Shown piece after piece: positions 59,710 through 64,000 of a stretch of 64,000 nt of DNA (position 1 is the first letter of the stretch; each line of letters starts with the position of its first letter). The stretch is from Myxococcota bacterium (lineage in GTDB: Bacteria; Myxococcota_A; SURF-8): the NCBI GenBank assembly GCA_963674735.2, contig CAXXQS010000001.1, forward strand, positions 288,001 to 352,000, written 5' to 3'. A program made the position numbers and the translations under genes. Under the pieces are notes generated by a model. It saw nothing but the letters and a program-made list of their open reading frames with translations, ran no database searches and was not told the DNA's origin.

Positions 59710-60393
59710 TCATTCCTTAAAGCGATAGCCGATCCCGCGCACGGTTTCGATGAGGGATCCGGCGTTACGCAGTTTTTTACGCAACCCCACCACCTGTACG
59801 TCGACGGATCGCTCGGTCACCGGGTAGTTTTTGCCTTTCACTGCTTCGATGATCTGGTTGCGCGTGAATACCCAACCGGGATGCTCGGCAAGAAACTGCA
59901 GGATGTTGAACTCGGTGGCCGTCAACTGGGAGGACTGTTGGTCGGCCGTCACCGTATAGCGGACCGGATCTATTTCGATATCGTGCACCTTCAGGACGGA
60001 CGGCTGCGAAGGGCTGCCGCGGTGTTCGCGCCGGAGGGCGGCTCGCAAGCGGGCGATGAGAACGCGCGGGCTGAACGGCTTGGTGACGTAATCGTCCGCT
60101 CCCAGTTCGAGGCCGGTTACGATGTCGACCTCTTCCCCTTTGGCGGTCAGCATGACAATCGGGATGTGCGAGGTTCGAGGCGCGGATTTGAGTTGGCGGC
60201 ATACCTCGAACCCGTCTACATCCGGTAGCATGAGGTCGAGCAGGACCAGATCGGGCACGTGATCGCGGGCGACGGCCAGTGCGTTTTCACCGTTAAGCAC
60301 GCAGGTAACCCGGAAGCCCTCTTGCGACAGATTGAAAGCCAGCAATTCCAGAATATCCGGTTCATCGTCGACAATTAAAATGTGTTTGTGCAT
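59710..60393 (-). CDS. OmpR/PhoB-family response regulator
   Basis: LLDLMLP, GADDYVTKPFSPR, LTATEF, GWVFTRNQI, RSVDVQV..LRKKL, ETVRGIGY. Confidence 0.95.
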   Translation of the reverse strand: MHKHILIVDDEPDILELLAFNLSQEGFRVTCVLNGENALAVARDHVPDLVLLDLMLPDVDGFEVCRQLKSAPRTSHIPIVMLTAKGEEVDIVTGLELGADDYVTKPFSPRVLIARLRAALRREHRGSPSQPSVLKVHDIEIDPVRYTVTADQQSSQLTATEFNILQFLAEHPGWVFTRNQIIEAVKGKNYPVTERSVDVQVVGLRKKLRNAGSLIETVRGIGYRFKE

Positions 60394-60672
60394 TGCTTTC
60401 TTTCTCAGATATAAAGCACCTTACATCTGAATACAGAAGGCGTGTTAGAGGGTGATGAGTTGCGCGCTAGAACTGGATTGCGGCTAAATACCGGACTGAC
60501 AAGCAGGCACCGAATCTTTTTGACATTATCGGCCGCATTAACTAGACTTGGCGCATATTGAGGACGGATATGCAGCCGGTAAGAGGGTCATGGGTCCCAT
60601 TGCCATGCGGACTCGTCACTCGTTTTTTTTAAGCAACCGATACGGCACGATGAGTGGTAGCGGAGGAAGTGG

Positions 60673-61968
60673 ATGCAGCACGCGTACATCGAGGATATTG
60701 CGAAATTCGAAGGTCAGACGGTCGAATTAAGAGGATGGTTGTTCAATAAACGCAGTTCGAAAAAACTGGTGTTTTTACAGGTGCGCGACGGAACGGGCAT
60801 TATCCAGGCCGTCGTGTTCAAGCCTGAAGCCGGAGAAGAATTGTACAATCTCTGCGATCGCATGGGACAGGAAACGTCCATCATCGTGCAGGGTGAAGTG
60901 AAAAAAGACGAGCGCTCGCCCATCGGTTTCGAGCTGGGAGTCACGGACGTCAAAGTGGTGGCCGAACCGGTGGCGGAATATCCTATAACGCCGAAAGAGC
61001 ACGGCGTCGGATTTCTGATGGATCATCGGCACTTGTGGCTGCGTTCGAGCAAGCAAAACGCCATCATGCGCGTGCGCCATACGGTCATCGACGCCATTCG
61101 TTCCTTTTTCGACGAACGCGGTTTTACCAATCTCGATGCGCCGATCTTTACTCCGTCCTCCTGCGAGGGGACCAGCACTCTGTTTTCGACCAAATACTTC
61201 GATACCGAGGCCTACCTCACGCAGTCGGGCCAGTTGTACATGGAAGCAGGAGCGGCGGCTTTGGGCAAGGTCTATTGTTTCGGACCGACTTTCCGCGCCG
61301 AGAAATCGAAAACACGCCGTCATCTGACGGAATTCTGGATGCTGGAGCCGGAAGTCGCCTATCTGGATCTCGACGGCGACATGGAACTGGCCGAGGATCT
61401 GATTTGCTATATCGTCGAGCGGGTTCTGGAGCGTCGTCAGCCTGAATTGAAAACTTTGGAACGCGACATCGAGAAGCTGAAGAAAATCACCAAACCGTTC
61501 ATTCGCATCAGCTATGACGACGCAGTGGCCAAGCTCAAGGAATTGGGTTCGGATATCGAATATGGGGATGACTTCGGGGGCGATGACGAGACGATTTTGA
61601 CACAGGCTTTCGAAAAACCCTTGATGGTGCATCGCTATCCGGCGGATGTGAAGGCCTTCTACATGAAACGCGATCCTGAAGATCCCAGCAAGGCCTTGTG
61701 CGTGGACGTTCTGGCGTCTGAGGGCGTAGGCGAGATCATCGGCGGCAGCGTGCGCGAAGACGATTACGAAACGTTGCTGGCCTCGATCCGCAAGCACAAA
61801 TTGTCGGAAGCGGATCTGGCCTGGTATCTCGATCTGCGGCGCTACGGTTCTTTCCCGCACGCCGGTTTCGGTTTGGGCCTGGAACGAACGGTCGGGTGGA
61901 TCTGCGGAACGCATCACGTGCGCGAATGCATCCCGTTCCCGCGTATGCTGGAGCGATTGTACCCCTGA
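60673..61968 (+). CDS. asnS: Asparagine--tRNA ligase
   Basis: [67 protein letters not shown]. Confidence 0.97.
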   Translation: MQHAYIEDIAKFEGQTVELRGWLFNKRSSKKLVFLQVRDGTGIIQAVVFKPEAGEELYNLCDRMGQETSIIVQGEVKKDERSPIGFELGVTDVKVVAEPVAEYPITPKEHGVGFLMDHRHLWLRSSKQNAIMRVRHTVIDAIRSFFDERGFTNLDAPIFTPSSCEGTSTLFSTKYFDTEAYLTQSGQLYMEAGAAALGKVYCFGPTFRAEKSKTRRHLTEFWMLEPEVAYLDLDGDMELAEDLICYIVERVLERRQPELKTLERDIEKLKKITKPFIRISYDDAVAKLKELGSDIEYGDDFGGDDETILTQAFEKPLMVHRYPADVKAFYMKRDPEDPSKALCVDVLASEGVGEIIGGSVREDDYETLLASIRKHKLSEADLAWYLDLRRYGSFPHAGFGLGLERTVGWICGTHHVRECIPFPRMLERLYP

Positions 61969-62381
61969 TGGGCGGCATGGACGAACAGACGCTTTATACC
62001 ATTGCGGCTTTGGCGGCTTTGATCGTTTTGTTGCTGGTTTGGCGACGTTTGCGCAATCCGACCGATCATTTCATCGAATTGGATGATGACGACGGATCGG
62101 GTGGGCGCAATCCCAAGGACGTTAAGGGAGTGGCGACGGCGAAACTCGATAAGCGCCCGGTGGCGAATACGGGCAAACGCAAGAAGGTGATGCGGGTTAG
62201 TGAAGGTTGCGATCATCACTTTGAAATTACCGGGATTCCCGCCGATAAGATGGGCACACATGTGAACGTGCAGTGCCGAAAATGCGGAACGAACGGGACG
62301 ATTACCGTGGAGGAAAGTGAAGCGTTGCTACGCCAGCGTGATGATGTCCGCCAGGCGGTCCGGCGGGCGCGTGGCGACTGA
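61968..62381 (+). CDS. Small membrane-anchored protein with putative Zn site
   Basis: ATG overlaps the asnS stop (TGATG); N-terminal TM; CDHH...CRKC. Confidence 0.65.
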   Translation: MGGMDEQTLYTIAALAALIVLLLVWRRLRNPTDHFIELDDDDGSGGRNPKDVKGVATAKLDKRPVANTGKRKKVMRVSEGCDHHFEITGIPADKMGTHVNVQCRKCGTNGTITVEESEALLRQRDDVRQAVRRARGD

Positions 62382-62453
62382 GCGCCATGCGCCATAATAT
62401 GGCTGAATCCTCCGTTGAAGACTTGAATGGTTGTGATGTAGTGAGAGGCGAAT

Positions 62454-63419
62454 GTGACGGAACGCAATATTCTGATCATCGATGACTCGATTACCATCCT
62501 CCAGGGCATCAAACTCGTGCTCAAGCAGGCGGAGCTATTCGACCACTATTTCGAAGCTCGATCGGCCGCTGAAGGGATGAAAATTCTGAACGAAAATCCG
62601 GTGGATGTGATTCTGTGCGATATCATCATGCCGGGAATGGATGGCTTTGAGTTTTTGAGCGAGGTCAAGGCTCGGGAAAAGTACATGGATATCCCCGTTA
62701 TTCTCTTGACTGGCCAGGAAGCGCTGGACAAGAAAATAAAGGGGCTTGATATGGGGGCGTCGGATTATGTCACCAAGCCTTTCGACCCCGACGAACTGAT
62801 CGCGCGCGTGCAGGTGCAGACGAAAGTCAAGCGGTTGCAGGACGAACTGAAGTTGGCCAAACAGCGGTACAAAGAACTCTCCATCACCGACTATCTCACC
62901 CAGATCCACAACCGGCGGCATTTCATGGAACTGTTCGACCGGGAATTTTCTCGCGCCACCCGTTACCTGTACGACTTGTCGCTGGTCATTTTCGATCTCG
63001 ATAACTTCAAAATGGTCAACGATACTTATGGACATTTGCAGGGTGATCGGGTGTTGAAGGGCGTGGCTGACGGGGTTAAATCCGAAATTCGTAGCCATGA
63101 TGTCTTTGCCCGCTATGGGGGCGAGGAATTCATTTTGCTGCTTCCCCAGACGCCGCTCAAAGGCGCCAGCCTGGTGGCCGAAAAAATCCGACGCAACATT
63201 GCCGAAACAAGCATCGACGGAATGGCCATCGGGGATGTCACGATTTCAATCGGCGTGGCCAGCTACCCAAACAGCCGAGTTAAAGACAGTCACAGTCTCA
63301 TCAGTCTGGCGGACGAGGCGATGTACAACGCAAAGACGAACGGTAAAAACCGCGTGGAGGTCGCCGAATCCCTTCCCGAATCGGCGGATGATTCGTCCGC
63401 CAATGTGCAAAAGGACTGA
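62454..63419 (+). CDS. REC-GGDEF diguanylate cyclase
   Basis: CDIIMP, YVTKP; DLDNFKMVNDTYGH..GD, RSHD I-site, RYGGEEF. Confidence 0.95.
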   Translation: MTERNILIIDDSITILQGIKLVLKQAELFDHYFEARSAAEGMKILNENPVDVILCDIIMPGMDGFEFLSEVKAREKYMDIPVILLTGQEALDKKIKGLDMGASDYVTKPFDPDELIARVQVQTKVKRLQDELKLAKQRYKELSITDYLTQIHNRRHFMELFDREFSRATRYLYDLSLVIFDLDNFKMVNDTYGHLQGDRVLKGVADGVKSEIRSHDVFARYGGEEFILLLPQTPLKGASLVAEKIRRNIAETSIDGMAIGDVTISIGVASYPNSRVKDSHSLISLADEAMYNAKTNGKNRVEVAESLPESADDSSANVQKD

Positions 63420-63682
63420 GCGCAGGTATTCTTTCGGCCTCCGCTTGTCTTTCTATCTCTCCAATATTTTACGTTGAAAACCGATCTTCCGCTTGGCCGA
63501 TCCGGCCCTTGCCTCATCCGATTCTTGTCGCGAATGCGTGAAAAATCCCACCCGGGATAACTCTTCAAGCGAATTATCACTTCCTCCCGCATGTCTTTGC
63601 TTGTGAAAAAAGTGGGAGAAGAGGCCCTGCGAATAGATGCGAGGGATGGGATCCACTATCCGAGGAAGGGAGAAAAATCCAC

Positions 63683-63710
63683 AAAAAAAGCCCCCGCGTT
63701 TGCGGGGGCT
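63683..63710 (-). terminator. Rho-independent terminator
   Basis: A7 followed by gcccccgc-gttt-gcgggggc. Confidence 0.8.
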
Positions 63711-63737
63711 CGTTGGAACATGATGATACAGAGGTGC

Positions 63738-64000
63738 TTACAGGCAAGTGCCCATCAGGCAGGTGCCGCTGCAGCAGGTGTCCACGCCTTCGATGCAGGA
63801 GGCGTTGGCCGGCAGGCAGCTCGAACCGGAGCGTTCGCCGTCGCCATCGACGGGGACATCTTCACAGAGGAAGCAAGTGGCGGCGCTGCAAGTCTGGTTC
63901 GCGCCACAGGTGGGGCATTGCAGCGGTACGCACGTATCGCCCAAGCAGGCCTGACCTTCGGCGCAGGGCGGAATGCAGGGGCTGCCGCAGTACCAGAAGT
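63738..64000 (-). CDS. C-terminus of a Cys-rich exported protein with DGD motif (5' part outside the window)
   Basis: The frame is open to the edge: FWYCGSPCIPPCAEGQACLGDTC..VDGDGE..CCSGTCLMGTCL. Confidence 0.7.
   Translation of the reverse strand, partial: FWYCGSPCIPPCAEGQACLGDTCVPLQCPTCGANQTCSAATCFLCEDVPVDGDGERSGSSCLPANASCIEGVDTCCSGTCLMGTCL

Noticed and set aside
60440-60480. Possible Pho-box 11-bp repeats upstream of the PhoB-like regulator
   Set aside because: The match is too degenerate to support.

Overview
GC-rich chromosomal window, probably from an anaerobic Myxococcota/deltaproteobacteria-like organism. The taxonomy is inferred from MYXO-CTERM-like tails, Cys-rich surface proteins and DGD-rich linkers. 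Contents: scpAB (scpB apparently frameshifted), hcp with a perfect FNR/HcpR-type box, a dissimilatory sulfur cluster aprB-aprA-(Zn-ribbon/YkgJ fusion)-qmoA-qmoB-hdrD-like with no qmoC, several large secreted proteins and lipoproteins, a phosphate-scavenging cluster, signalling genes and asnS. The most striking feature is an intact IS110/IS621-type element (28357-29532) whose upstream non-coding region can be read directly as a bridge RNA. Its guides match its own donor junction and the host REP repeat into which it has inserted, and its circle junction reconstitutes a TTGACA-N17-TATTAT promoter. A 177-bp MITE with 14-bp TIRs and an internal REP-like doublet occurs three times, and one copy has a 15-bp target-site duplication. 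All calls are by eye from motifs; no database searches were run.
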